Origin: Chiloscyllium plagiosum | Lineage: Eukaryota | Length of the DNA: 64,000 nucleotides | NCBI RefSeq assembly: GCF_004010195.1 | Contig: NC_057711.1 | Location: forward strand, 140,306,912 to 140,370,911 | Direction of reading: 5' to 3' | In this document: positions 52,665-64,000 of the stretch, piece after piece | How positions within the stretch are numbered: position 1 is the stretch's first letter | Layout: the number at the start of each line of letters is the position of its first letter | Translations under genes and position numbers: made by a program | The notes under the pieces: generated by a model | The model's database searches: none | What the model was told of the DNA's origin: nothing | What the model saw: the letters and a program-made list of their open reading frames with translations, nothing else

Positions 52665-54060
52665 GTAATAAACACCACTATTCCATTTACCTTACTAATC
52701 ACTTGCTGTACCTGCAGATTAACTTTTTTTATAATTCATGTACGAGGACAACTAGAACCCTCTGTATCTCAGAGTTCTGCAATCCCTCCCTATTTAAATA
52801 AAATGCTTCTTTTATATCCTTCCTCTCAAGGTGGACAAGTTTACATTTTCCTACCCTAAACCATTTCTGCCAAAGTTTTGCCAACTCGCTTAACCTATTG
52901 ATATCCCTTTACGGATGCCTTAAGTTCTCTTTGCAACTTATTTTCCTATCTACCTTATGTCATCAGCAAAGTTACCAACCATATGTTTGATCCCATCATC
53001 CAATTTATTGCCTTGGATTGAAAATGGTTGAGGCCCCAATACAGATTCTTGTCCTATTCTACTTCTTACATCTTGCCAACCTCAAAATGACTCATTTATG
53101 CCTACATTCTGTTTTCTGTCAGCTAACCAGTCTTCTACCCACGCTAATATTATCCTCCACACAATGAATTCTCATTTTGTGTAAGAACCTTTGATGTAGC
53201 ACCTTGTCAAATGCCTTCTGGGAATCTAAGTAAACCACAACCACAAGTTCCCCTTTATTCATGTGGTTTTCTCAAAGAACTCAAATAAACTTTCAAACAC
53301 AATTTTCCTTTCGCAAAACTATATTAGCTCTACTTGATTGTACTAAGATTTTCTTTTCTGCTATTTTGTAATCTGATGTCACCTTTCCAGAATTGAGGAA
53401 ACTTCAAACTATGAAAGCCAATATAACTGCCTCTCAGCAGCCACTTTTTTTTAATACCTTAGAAATAAGTTTATCAGCTTTTAGTTGTAAGCATTTTATC
53501 AGTACTATTTCCAGGCAACTGTTAATGTTTCAAGTTCCACTGTCCTTTATTCACAAGTCTTGATTCACAATTATTCCTGATGGTTATTTGTATCCTTTTC
53601 TGTGAAATGTAAGTAAAGTGAGCATTGGTCCTCCAAAAAGTGTGTTTGGGAAATTAATAGTGGAAAATAAAGAAAGGGCAGGTTAATTGCACAGATATTT
53701 TATATCTATTTTCTGTGAAGATAGATATAAAATATCTGTGCAATTAACCTGCCCTTTCTTTATTTTCCACTATTAATTTCCCAAACACACTTTTTGGAGG
53801 ACCAATGCTCACTTTACTTACATTTTTTTTGGAGGACCAATGCTCACTTTACTTACATTTCTCCTTTTTAAATACCAGTAGAAACTCTTACTGTTTTATA
53901 TTTCTAGCTAGCTTTTTCTCTTACTCTAATTTATTTCTCATTCATCTTTTGGTCATTCTTTGCTTTATTGACATGCCACAATTCTTTGCATAACTATACA
54001 TTTTCCATTCAATTTGATACTATCTTCAGCCATGGATGTTACATCCTTCCCAAGCAAAGT
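52665..54060 (-). mobile_element. Old CR1 RT fragment containing a fold-back duplication
   Basis: Minus-strand FADD (tcatcagcaaa at about 52960) and DSQKAFDKVLH (about 53200-53225). Confidence 0.78.
53605..53860. repeat. Perfect 105-bp inverted repeat plus 35-bp tandem duplication
   Basis: Arms 53605-53709 and 53721-53825 with an 11-nt spacer; 53826-53860 duplicates 53791-53825. Confidence 0.92.
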
Positions 54061-54315
54061 ATTGTTTGTCGGTTTTTAAATCCACATTTGCAGTTACCTA
54101 ATCATAATCTCTTGCCTTCCTCATCTTCTCTCCTTTTCTTTGCCAATGGCCTTCACTGGGCCTTTCAACTACTTCTGTTAGATCATTCAACCTGTATCTT
54201 GGAATGTAATCATGAATTTGTATTATATTGGACACAAACCTCTTTAAGACAATAATGTTCTAACCACACACAGTATCTTCAGTTGAAATCAAAGGTTTGC
54301 CCCTATTTCACAGTA

Positions 54316-54622
54316 GATTAGATTAGATTACTTACAGTGTAGAAACAGGCCCTTCAGCCCAACAAGTCCACACTGACCCTCTGAAGAGCACCCCATTCAG
54401 ACCCATTCCCCTACACCTAACACTACGGGCAATTTAGCATGGCCAATTCACCTAACCCACACATCTTTGGACTTTGGGAGGAAACCGGAGCACCCGGAGG
54501 AAACCCACACAGACACGGGGAGAACGTGCAAACTCCACACAGACAGTTGACCGAGGCGGGAATTGAACCCAAATCTCTGGCGCTGTGAGGCAGTAGTGCT
54601 GACCACTGTGCCACCGTGCCAC
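54316..54622 (-). mobile_element. Young HE1-type SINE
   Basis: Full length with (ctaat)n tail; CpGs retained. Confidence 0.88.
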
Positions 54623-56117
54623 CCACAGCATCAAATAACACAAAACCATAAATAAATGCATGGTGCTATTTTAAACATACAAGTCAGAAATATGTAACAC
54701 ATCAAGACTGTAATCGTATCCATAAGTGTAGGTTATATTTATAAATGGGAGTCATTTCATCCTTGTAATTTACCCTCTGATCCTGTGATTAGATTATTGC
54801 TTGTAATTCACTTGCTCATATCTCTTATTCTATAATGTGATCAATAGTCACTGAGACAAGTTTATGTCAAAACATGTTACCAAGTGAATAATCCACATTT
54901 GCTAACATCATTGTCGCATACAATGAAGTCAGGGCAGAAAATGCATTGATTCTATTAAAATGTAGCGAAACAATTTTGTGTTATTCTATGCCCAACAATT
55001 TGAGGACTAAAGCTCATCTCTCTATAGTGAACATAGATTTAATATGCATTAATGGCACGGAAAATTCCATCAATTCAGGGAGCTCATCTATTTATCTATT
55101 TCCTTGTCTTCCCTGCACACCTATCTCTTTCCCCATTCCCAGGGATGAAATGTTGCTGGAAAGAGTGTCGCCAGATATTCAGGATACCAGTTAGAAAACA
55201 GAACATAGAATACAGAACAGTACAGCACTGGAATGGGCCCTTCACTCAACAATGTTGTGTCAAACATGACGCCAAATTAAAATAATCCCTTCCACCTGCC
55301 CCGGTCCATTTTCAGAAAGATCTTGAGCAAGACAAGCCCCATAAACAGTCAAATGTTTTTCTCATTTAAATTATGCCAAGAAACAAAATGTTATTATCTT
55401 TATCCCCATACCAGGCGACCCTCGAAGCTCCTGTGAATGTCCTCCTCTTTAAGACCAAGGGTTATGTGCTTGAGACTCTCCACAGTCTCTCTCTCATTGT
55501 CTTGTTCTTGATGTGACTACACCACAGTTTACAGTTAAAACAGGGGCTAGTCCATCCATCTTTCAATGACGTTTCCTTCCTTGAGAATCTAATGGACCCT
55601 TCTCTGGAAGCTCATCCACCTGAGATTATTGATGCTTGGAGGCCAAGTTGTTCACCCATCAGCAGCTTTTGACATTTACCATGCTCAGGTACCACCATTT
55701 ATAATCACATGATAACACAGGTTAAGTCCATGACTGACTAGTTTGAATTTTCTTGTGTAACATGTCCTTACCTATTATTGACTAGTTAAATAGTAGGAAA
55801 TGGTTTCCTATAATTCTTTCTCTCCAAATCACTTTTTTTTTTCTCCTTTCTCTGCAATGTTTGTAGAGTACTTTTTTTCTACTCATACAGTTAACCCTCA
55901 CAATTTTTCTCACTGTCTGGCTGAGCTGGAAATCCCTTTGAATTTTTTTACAATACCATCAATCTCCATATCATTTCCCTGTTATTCTCAAATCCCTATT
56001 AGAATGTGTGTTCACTCTGGGGATCTCCCTAGCCTGTCAGTCACAACCTAAGTTGTGTCACTTTTCTTCCCTTGCAGATCTCTATCAGCAGCTGCACTAC
56101 AAATAAAAAAACACAAT

Positions 56118-56420
56118 TTTTACAGAGCAGATGAGGCCATTTGGTCCATTCTGTCTGCATCAGTTCTCCAAATGAGTAATTCACTAACTACCACACACCT
56201 GCCTTCTCCCCATAACCGTGCACACTCTTCCTTCACTGTCAACAGTCTAATTCCCTTTGCATATTTCGATTGAAGTTGCCATCACACCTTGGGCAGTGCA
56301 CTCCAGATCTTGATCACTCAATGCATGAAAAGATTTTTTTCTCATGTTATTTTGCTATTTTACCAATTACTTTAAATCTGTGGTCTCTCATTGTTGATCC
56401 TTTCACAAGTGGGAACAATA
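56118..56420 (-). mobile_element. CR1 3' fragment
   Basis: gaggccatttggtccat...ttctccccataacc tail; similar short tails at about 46850-47100 and 55200-55310. Confidence 0.65.
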
Positions 56421-59400
56421 ACCATTCTGGGAACCACTTGAAAGAATAACCTTTCAGTCTCTCTGATACCTGTCTCTCATGTTGCTTCAATGCAATAAAG
56501 GCACCATCTTATACAGTCAGATCGTTGGTATCTTCCAGCCTTCGGCTGCAAGCAGCTTCCTCTTCTCCACTGAGAATGAATATACAGGCCATTGCTGGTT
56601 ACATCAATCAAATATTTTGAACAGAGCTGCACATTTTCAATGATCCAGGCTTCACTCCCGCTCCTTTCTGTGAGGATACTGTATAAGTTTATCTACTGAA
56701 ACAATTCTTGCTCTTTCAATTCTATTTTTCAATCTCTCCCTCAATTTTCTTTTCTTGGTACTCAATTATTTGGATTTATGCATCTTGCTCATCCTTCCTC
56801 TCTATTAATTTTCTTTCACTTCCCTGCTTATTTTGAATCCCAGTTTCCCTTGACCTTACTTCTCTTATTTGAAGTCCTTTATTTGCTTCTCTTCCCTTTT
56901 AATCCTTTTCCTTTCCCACTCCTACATTTTGTCATTCTTGTGTTTTACTTCCCTCACCTGTTGGCTTTCTCTCTCTCCCTTTGTGCTGGGTTTTCAATTT
57001 TTACACTTTTTTTAAGCTTCAGCAAGCGTACCACAGAACAGCACAATAGAACATAAAATACTATAATACAATAGGTGGCGGCATCAGGAGAGTAGTCCAT
57101 CAAAACAGACAAAGGATCGACAAACCAAGAGGTAAGGCAGCAGATCAGAAGCAATCAGAAAGAACAGGCTAAGGGGCAAACAATCAGTTCATGGCCACGA
57201 ATCGACAATCTGAGAGAACAGACAATAGAGCCAACAATCAGATTGTGGGCAATGGATCAACAAACCTTAGGAAGCAGGCAGAAAAATAGCAAAAACTTGC
57301 ATTTGTTTAGCACTTAAATATACAAAAACAGCCCAAGGAGCTTTTCAGAAGTGTTATCAAACAAAAGTTAACAGCAATCCAGGTAAAGGCATATTGGATC
57401 AGATGCTTAGTCAATGCATTATGTTTTCAGACGTGTCTTAAAAAGAAAAGAGTGAAACAGAGAGGCTTCAAAACAGAATTCCAGACCTTAGGGTCTTAGC
57501 AGCTAAACACCAAGTCAAGATATTGTATAATTGAGTAACAATCCAAGAGCACAGATGGAAAGACTGCATGTCGACTCATTAGAATTATAATGCTTTACAT
57601 CAGTGCCAAACTCAAGCACATGCAGGATTTTTAGTCTACATCAGGAGATTTACAAATATAGGTGTTCAAATATCTGGATACAGATAACAAAAGCTAAGGA
57701 TTTTCACACAATGTACTTTTCTACTGAGAAAAGGTGAGGTAAAGAACTTCATGGAACTAAATTCATAGACAAATCTGTTATCTGAGTGCTGCTGATATTT
57801 CTTCATGTGTTTCTTCTGAAGATTGTTCTCAATCTAAAAAATTACTCTGTTGCAATGTAACTGCAGAACAGATTTGGTAATGTCCAATGCAAAAAAAAAA
57901 TTGTAATTAGGGAGAGAATTTTGTGCAATATGCAAGGTGAATGAGAAAGCTGGAACTGAATAGTTAAAAAAGAAAATATCTTAAATATTTACCTAGTGTG
58001 AAAGGAAACTGACATTATCTTACAGAATAAAAATTATAAAGTTGTGTACATGTACATTGGAAAATCTGCAATTTTTACAGTATATTTCTTGCAAAACCAA
58101 AGCAACGTTTGTCACATGCAATTGTGAGTCATAAATCCATAAGCTAGAAAATACCTATGCAAACAAATACAAAAAAACTGAAATTTTCCTTATGATCAGT
58201 CATTTTCTGAATATTTAGTTAAAAGACTTCTTTCCCCTTTCTGACATGAATGTGAATTATGGTAAGAGGGACCAATGACATCAAATCTAATGTTGTGATT
58301 CATCTAGAGATAAAGAATGTTTGGTTTACATAGAGATATAAAATTGAACAGATGCTCTAGCTTCAGTACACACAGCAGTACCACAGGCATATGGAACTGA
58401 AGCAACTCAAGAATAAAATGGTACCAAAAGGCTTTGGTTCTACTTAAGTCTGCACTTTTAATAAAACCAATTTAACATTCCCACTCATATTTTTTAAATA
58501 TATGTTTCAAATGATATACTAACAAGTGCCGATAGAAGAAAGGGTAGTCCTAATGGATACTACGTTGATTCCCATGTTCTGTTAATAATAGATTTCCATT
58601 ATTTGTTGAATTGTTTCACTGGAGACAAAATATTTAAACTCAACTCAAATTATTAAGTCCATTTTATTAAAGTAACAAGAAGAGTATAGGGCTATGTTTC
58701 AGAACCAGCATTGGAATCAATGCCAGGAATAGTTTTTAAGAGCAATTGTGAATAGCAGAAGACTCGCACCGAATATTAGACACAAATTGGAAACAAATAC
58801 CATTGTGTCAATGTTCACGCTTCTAACATTGAAGACCTTTGGTTCAAGTTTCTCAGTGATGTGTTTTTTGTGCGGCATAGGGAGTTTAAGAAGACACTGT
58901 TGTGTGAGAAATTCGAAAATATACATTTAAAGCTTGTAGTGGAATATACTGTTCACGTTTTCAATATCATCAGGGACAGAAATGCATGTTTTAGTAAAAT
59001 ATTCTGTGAAGTGTGGCATTCTGCCATTACTACATCGTCTCTAGAGTGGAGTTATTGGCTGCCAACTGCAGTGCCAATTCAGATGGAGCTGAATGCAGTG
59101 CCAATTACTTTTTTTAATTTGCTGTCACTTGACATAACCCATTAATGAAACTGGTCCTGTCCCATCCCATCTCAGTGTTACAGCACAGTGCAACCCTATG
59201 GTGCCACAATTGTAATTCCACATCTGCAGCTTTGTACATTATCATGATTGTGTTGTCAATGCGGAGATGGTGTATCTATAAATACGTTTGCCTGAAATGG
59301 TCGTGTTAGTTTGCAGCAGGTACTTTGCTAAGGCCTATCTGCACAGAAGGACCAGTTGTATTACAAACAGATCTATCAGGAACAACACCAGGAAATAAAG

Positions 59401-59704
59401 CACAAGGCTCATTATAGATTTTTCCTCTGTTCTTGATTCTGACCAGCAGCAGGAGGAAGCTGGTCATCAAGGGATTCTGAAAACCAATTTAGTTCTTAGT
59501 TGGTTAGGCCAACTGAAATTTATTGCAGACCTCAAACAAGAACAAAAGGTGCCCTTACAAATGACAATGCCAAAAGCAAAACAAAAAGTGGAGGAGGAAC
59601 TCTCTCAAAGAGGCAGCATGACTGTCAATGAATCAAAGGGCCTTCCTCAGTGCCTATGGTCTCACTTGAATTGCCATCTTATCTCAGATCTCTTATTTCT
59701 CTAG

Positions 59705-59926
59705 CTGAAAATGTGTTGCTGGAAAAGCGCAGCAGGTCAGGCAGCATCCAAGGAGCAGGAGAATCAACGTTTCGGGCATAAGCCCTTCTTCAGGAATCTT
59801 TCCTGAAGAAGGGCTCATGCCCAAAACGTCAATTCTCCTGCTCCTTGGATGCTGCCTGACCTGCTGCACTTTTCCAGCAACACATTTTCAGCTCTGATCT
59901 CCAGCATCTGCAGTCCTCACTTTCTC
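59705..59926. mobile_element. Penelope-derived inverted-repeat insertion with back-to-back hammerhead motifs
   Basis: 15-bp TSD ctcttatttctctag (59690-59704 and 59927-59941); about 93-bp arms. Confidence 0.88.
59766..59793 (-). ncRNA. Minimal hammerhead ribozyme motif
   Basis: CUGAAGA-A-GGGC-UUAU-GCCC-GAAAC-GUU; the plus-strand twin at 59803-59830 has GAAA changed to AAAA. Confidence 0.65.
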
Positions 59927-60319
59927 CTCTTATTTCTCTAGTAAAGTATCCAGTTGCTTCCGAAGTTAGTATATACTGTCAATTTTAATGGTCATCCCCA
60001 CAAGACTATTACCCACAAAGAAAATATTCTTCCTGACTTCCACCTCATTTGTCCTCAACCCATCACTTTGTATTTATGAACACTGTGAGAAGTTTGCTGG
60101 GATTCATTTGGTTAACTCCTCTTAGAATCTTGAAAAACCATGAAAACCCTTAATTTCTAAAGCAAATAAGCAAAATTTCCTTCTCAAGTTTTGGCTCATT
60201 AATAGTTTTTGCACTGAAACTTTGAAGGATGTAGGTTCAGGACCAACTCCAGAGACTTGAGTCTGTAGTCTGTTTCAGCATTTCACAGCATTACTGCGGA
60301 GTGCTGAATTGTCATGGGT

Positions 60320-61452
60320 CGAGAGAGTGGTGCTGGAAAAGCACAACAGGTCAGGAAGCATCTGAGGAGCAGGAGGATCAACATTTCCAGCAAAAGCACT
60401 TCATCAGAAATGAGGCTGGGAGCTTCAGTTGGAGAGATAAATGGGAGGGAGGTGGGGCTGGGGCATTGATGCCATGGGTTTGGAGGGTCCCGAGGTGGAA
60501 GATGAGGCGTTCTTCCTCCAGGCATTGGGTGGTGAGGGAGTGAGGAGGTCCAGGACCTGCATGTCCTTGGCAGAGTGGGTGAGGGAGTTGAAGTGTTCAG
60601 CCACAGGGCAGTGGGGTTGGTTGGTGCGGGTGTCCCAGAGATGTTCTCTGAAGCACTTTATGAATAGATGTCCTATCTCGCCAATGTAGAGGAGACCACA
60701 TCAGGAGCAACAGATACAGTAAATGACATGTGTGGAAGGGCAGGTGAAACTTTGATGGATGTGGAAGTTTCCTTTGGGGCGTTGGATGGAGGTGACGGTT
60801 TTGCAATTCCTGTGGCAAGGGAAGGTAATAGGAGGGGAGGGTGGGTTGCTGGGGGATGTGCACCTGGCAAGGTAGTTGCAGAGGAAATGGTCTTTATGGA
60901 AAGCAGATAGGCGTGGGGAGGGAAGTATATCTCCAATGGTGGGGTCCATTTGTAGGTGGCGAATGGGTCCCAGGTTCAATTCCAGCCTCGGGCAACTGTC
61001 TGTGTGGAGTTTGCACACTCTCCCCGTGTCTGCCTGTGTTTCCTCCGAGTGCTCCGGTTTCCTCCCACAGTCCACAAATGTGCAGGTCAGGTGAATTGGC
61101 CATGCTAAATTGCCCGTAGTGTTAGGTGCATTAATCAGAGGGAAATGGGTCCGGGTGGGTTACTCTTTGGCAGGTCAGTGTGGACTTGTTGGGCCGAAGG
61201 GCCTGTTTCCAAACTGTAGGGAATCTAATCTAATCTAAATGGTGGAGGATGATGTGATGTATACAGAGGTTGGTGTGATGGAAGGTGAGGACCGGGGCAA
61301 TCTGGGCTTGTTGCAGTTGGAGGAGTGGGGTTCGAGGGCAGAGGTGCAGGAAGTGGTTGAGTTGCACTGGTGGGCATCATCAACCATGTGGGAGGGAAAT
61401 TGCGGTCTTTAAAGAAGGAGGCCATCTGATGTGTTCTGTGGTGGAACTGGTC
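60320..61452 (-). mobile_element. 5'-truncated Penelope-like retroelement (GIY-YIG endonuclease region plus terminal repeat)
   Basis: FTCPSTHVIYCICCS...CGLLYIGET...FREH...PVAEHFN...LIFHLGTLQTHGIN across frameshifts; hammerhead-like CTGATGA...GAAAT at 60380-60407; 16-bp TSD ctgaattgtcatgggt (60304-60319 and 61453-61468). Confidence 0.88.
60967..61238 (+). mobile_element. 5'-truncated HE1-type SINE nested in the Penelope element
   Basis: Family motifs and (ctaat)n tail. Confidence 0.85.
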
Positions 61453-61848
61453 CTGAATTGTCATGGGTACTAATTTCCAGTTGAGGAATTAAACCAAGAA
61501 CCCATCCGTTCCCTCGGACTAATATGAAAGACTTTGATGGCACTCATTGAAACAACTGGGAAATTCTCCTGATCAATACTTATCTGTCTACTACCATCTC
61601 GAAATTTGACTGTCTAGACATTATCTCATTTGTTGTTTCTGGGGCATGATATTGTTACACTCCACTTCAATTGAATATTTCATTACATGCAAATCTTTCT
61701 TGGAGTTATGATGGCCAGGTCTTCCAGCTGTCCAATTTAGGATCTTTATCATTGGCCTTTCCGGGTAATTTCTATCAATATTACCTTTCTAACAACTAAT
61801 AGCCACAATAACGCTGTTTCTTTAGAACCCAGACTTCGGTTAAAAAAC

Positions 61849-62126
61849 GATTAGATAACTTACGGCGTGGAAACAGGCACTTCGGCCCAACAAGTCTACT
61901 CCGAAGAGCAACCCACCCAGACCCATTCCCCTACACCTAACACTACGGGCAATTTACCATAGCTAATTCACCTAACCTGCACATTTTTGGACTGTGGGAG
62001 GGAAACCGGAGCAAACCCATGCAGACACGGGGAGAATGTGCAAACTCCACACAGGCAGTTGCCTGAGGTGGGAATTGAACCGGGTCTCTAGCGCTGTGAG
62101 GCAGCAATGCTAACCACTGTGCCGCC
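61849..62126 (-). mobile_element. HE1-type SINE
   Basis: Close to 54316-54622. Confidence 0.85.
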
Positions 62127-63642
62127 GTTGTAATTGTATCGCTAACGAGAAAGGGATGTCCAGTCAAACCCAGCGAGACTCTCTGCAGTTAAATATTTCA
62201 GATACTGGTCCATAATAGGTTGTGCCTCAAGCATATGGATTTGCCAGTTCCTCAGGAGGGTGGAGGGTTCAAATGGCCTCTGAACACTCTGTGGGCGGGT
62301 CTTCACTATTCCGGGCAATATCAATGACTGGAAACTCTCCGGGAGATCAAAGCAACAGCAACGTGACGACGTGGGGGAGCTTGGTGTACTATCTGGTTGT
62401 TCACGGTCCTTAACAGTGAATGAATCACCAGTGATGTTGGCGCCATACCGTGATTAACGATAACAAAAGTCCTCTCAAACAACTGTAAGGAACCATTACC
62501 AACACGAGGTGTATGCAGCTTCTCCTGTGACAGGGACCTTATTCTAACTCAAAGACATTTTCTGTATCAGTTTTGTAAAAGTAAACTTTGCGTGGAGTCT
62601 ACAGCCTCGGTTGATGAACTGTGCAAGTGGGGTAGTTTTATTGAAGCAAATTGTTTCCAGCCCCGCTGTTATATTAATTAATGTAAAAGACAGAACTCCC
62701 ATCGTCACTCTGTTTGTCAAAGATAAATGACCGGCATTAATCAGCCCATAACACCTATCAAGCCCCTACCAAAGTCCCTCCTCCCTTTAAATCGAAATGA
62801 GGAGTGAATGTCCCATCTATTGTATAACAATCCACGACAGATGTCCTTGTGCTGAGACTCAGCAACAGATCTCCCACCAAGGCACAACATCTGCTCTAAG
62901 TCCATTTACTCCAGGAAACAGAGGAGGGGAAAATTGCTCTTTAATTCATGCAGAAACCCAACAGACACTGCCTTCCCCCGTCAACAAATATTCTGTGACT
63001 CACTGGTTTAAACGTAAGCTAATCTGGTATCTAACAATACTAGTAAAATAGAGAAAGAGTAACAAAACACTTTTAAAAAATATTTTAGCCCCACCAGGTC
63101 AATTGCCATTTGGAAAGGAACAAATTGAGATTCTGAGGGTCAGATGTGACCTGCAAAAAATGAAAACGAATATTCTGATATGTAGGGCCAGCAGCACTGA
63201 AGGTGACTGTAAAAGAATAGCACTATTAAATGGGTCAAAAGTACAAAGTCCAGAATCAAGACGCAGCTGTCCCGTTGTAAAACATTTTCATTCCTGCACT
63301 ATATCTCAGTTCTGTAAATAGAAAGACCTTCTATTTACACTATGCACCTTCACATTCCCAAACCCTTAACAGCCACTGAATTGGTGCTTTTTTATTGTAT
63401 GCTTTGTAGGCAAGTGTAGCAATCAATTGCACACAGTAAGTTCTCAAACATCAAATAGATAAATGACGAGTTAATCTTTTAGATGAATGCTAAAGATCTT
63501 ATGGCACTATTTGAAAGAGTGAGTCTCAGTTAACATCTGAGAGAGAATGAGTTTATGTGATGCCTGAGTTTATGTGATGCCTTTCACAAGCAGGCTGCTG
63601 CACAAGCCTTATAGTTAATTATGTGCATTTCAAAAAATAGTT

Positions 63643-63862
63643 AAAAACCAAAGGAACTGTGGATGCTGTAAATCAGAAACAAAAATAACAATTGCTGGAA
63701 AAGATCAACAGGCCTGGCAGCATCAATGGAGGTAAATTAGAGTTAATATTTCAGGTTCAGTTCTGAGGAAGGGTCACTCACACCCAAAATGTTAACTCTG
63801 ATTTCTCTCCACAGTTGCTGCCAGACCTGCTGAGCTTTTCCAGCAATTTCTATTTTTGTTTC
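63643..63862. mobile_element. Older Penelope-derived inverted-repeat insertion (family 2-like)
   Basis: Diverged arms; AGTT-CTGAGGA-AGGGT...ACCC-AAAATGTT-AACT; degenerate TSD ttcaaaaaatagtta / ttcaaattatagtca. Confidence 0.75.
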
Positions 63863-63976
63863 AAATTATAGTCACTGTTATAAAGTAGGAGGCCATCATA
63901 AGTTTAAACAGCAATGTGACAATGGCTAGATTATTTGCATGTGTTACAAGTATTGGCCAAGACACCAAAAGGAACT

Positions 63977-64000
63977 AGGTAAAAACAATGACTGCAGATG
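63977..64000 (-). mobile_element. Edge of another Penelope terminal repeat
   Basis: aggtaaaaacaatgactgcagatg is identical to the start of the 13694 element. Confidence 0.7.

Noticed and set aside
63548-63581. 17-bp tandem duplication tgagtttatgtgatgcc
   Set aside because: Ordinary slippage duplication in a decayed SINE.

Overview
Eukaryotic, repeat-rich, AT-rich vertebrate DNA; the SINE/LINE repertoire points to a cartilaginous fish (shark). The window appears to lie wholly inside a Pax5 gene on the minus strand. The only host exon I can support is a 176-bp internal coding exon at 24914-25089 (partial homeodomain, equivalent to human PAX5 exon 6), so higher coordinates would be intron 5 and lower coordinates intron 6. 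The rest is transposon debris (CR1/L2, RTE, HE1-type and Deu-type SINEs, Ty3/Gypsy pol remnants, solo LTRs, MITEs, Penelope-like elements) plus a few repeat-free candidate conserved non-coding blocks. The most notable signal is a set of about 10 Penelope-derived insertions carrying minimal hammerhead-ribozyme cores. Several are ~210-230 bp hairpins with long target-site duplications, they fall into three sequence families, and one has a compensatory U3-A8 core. Also present: a perfect 105-bp fold-back duplication, a 72-bp locally templated insertion and a fragmented ancient ~22-bp satellite. Repeat family names come from motif recognition, not a database search. Repeat boundaries are approximate unless a TSD is quoted.
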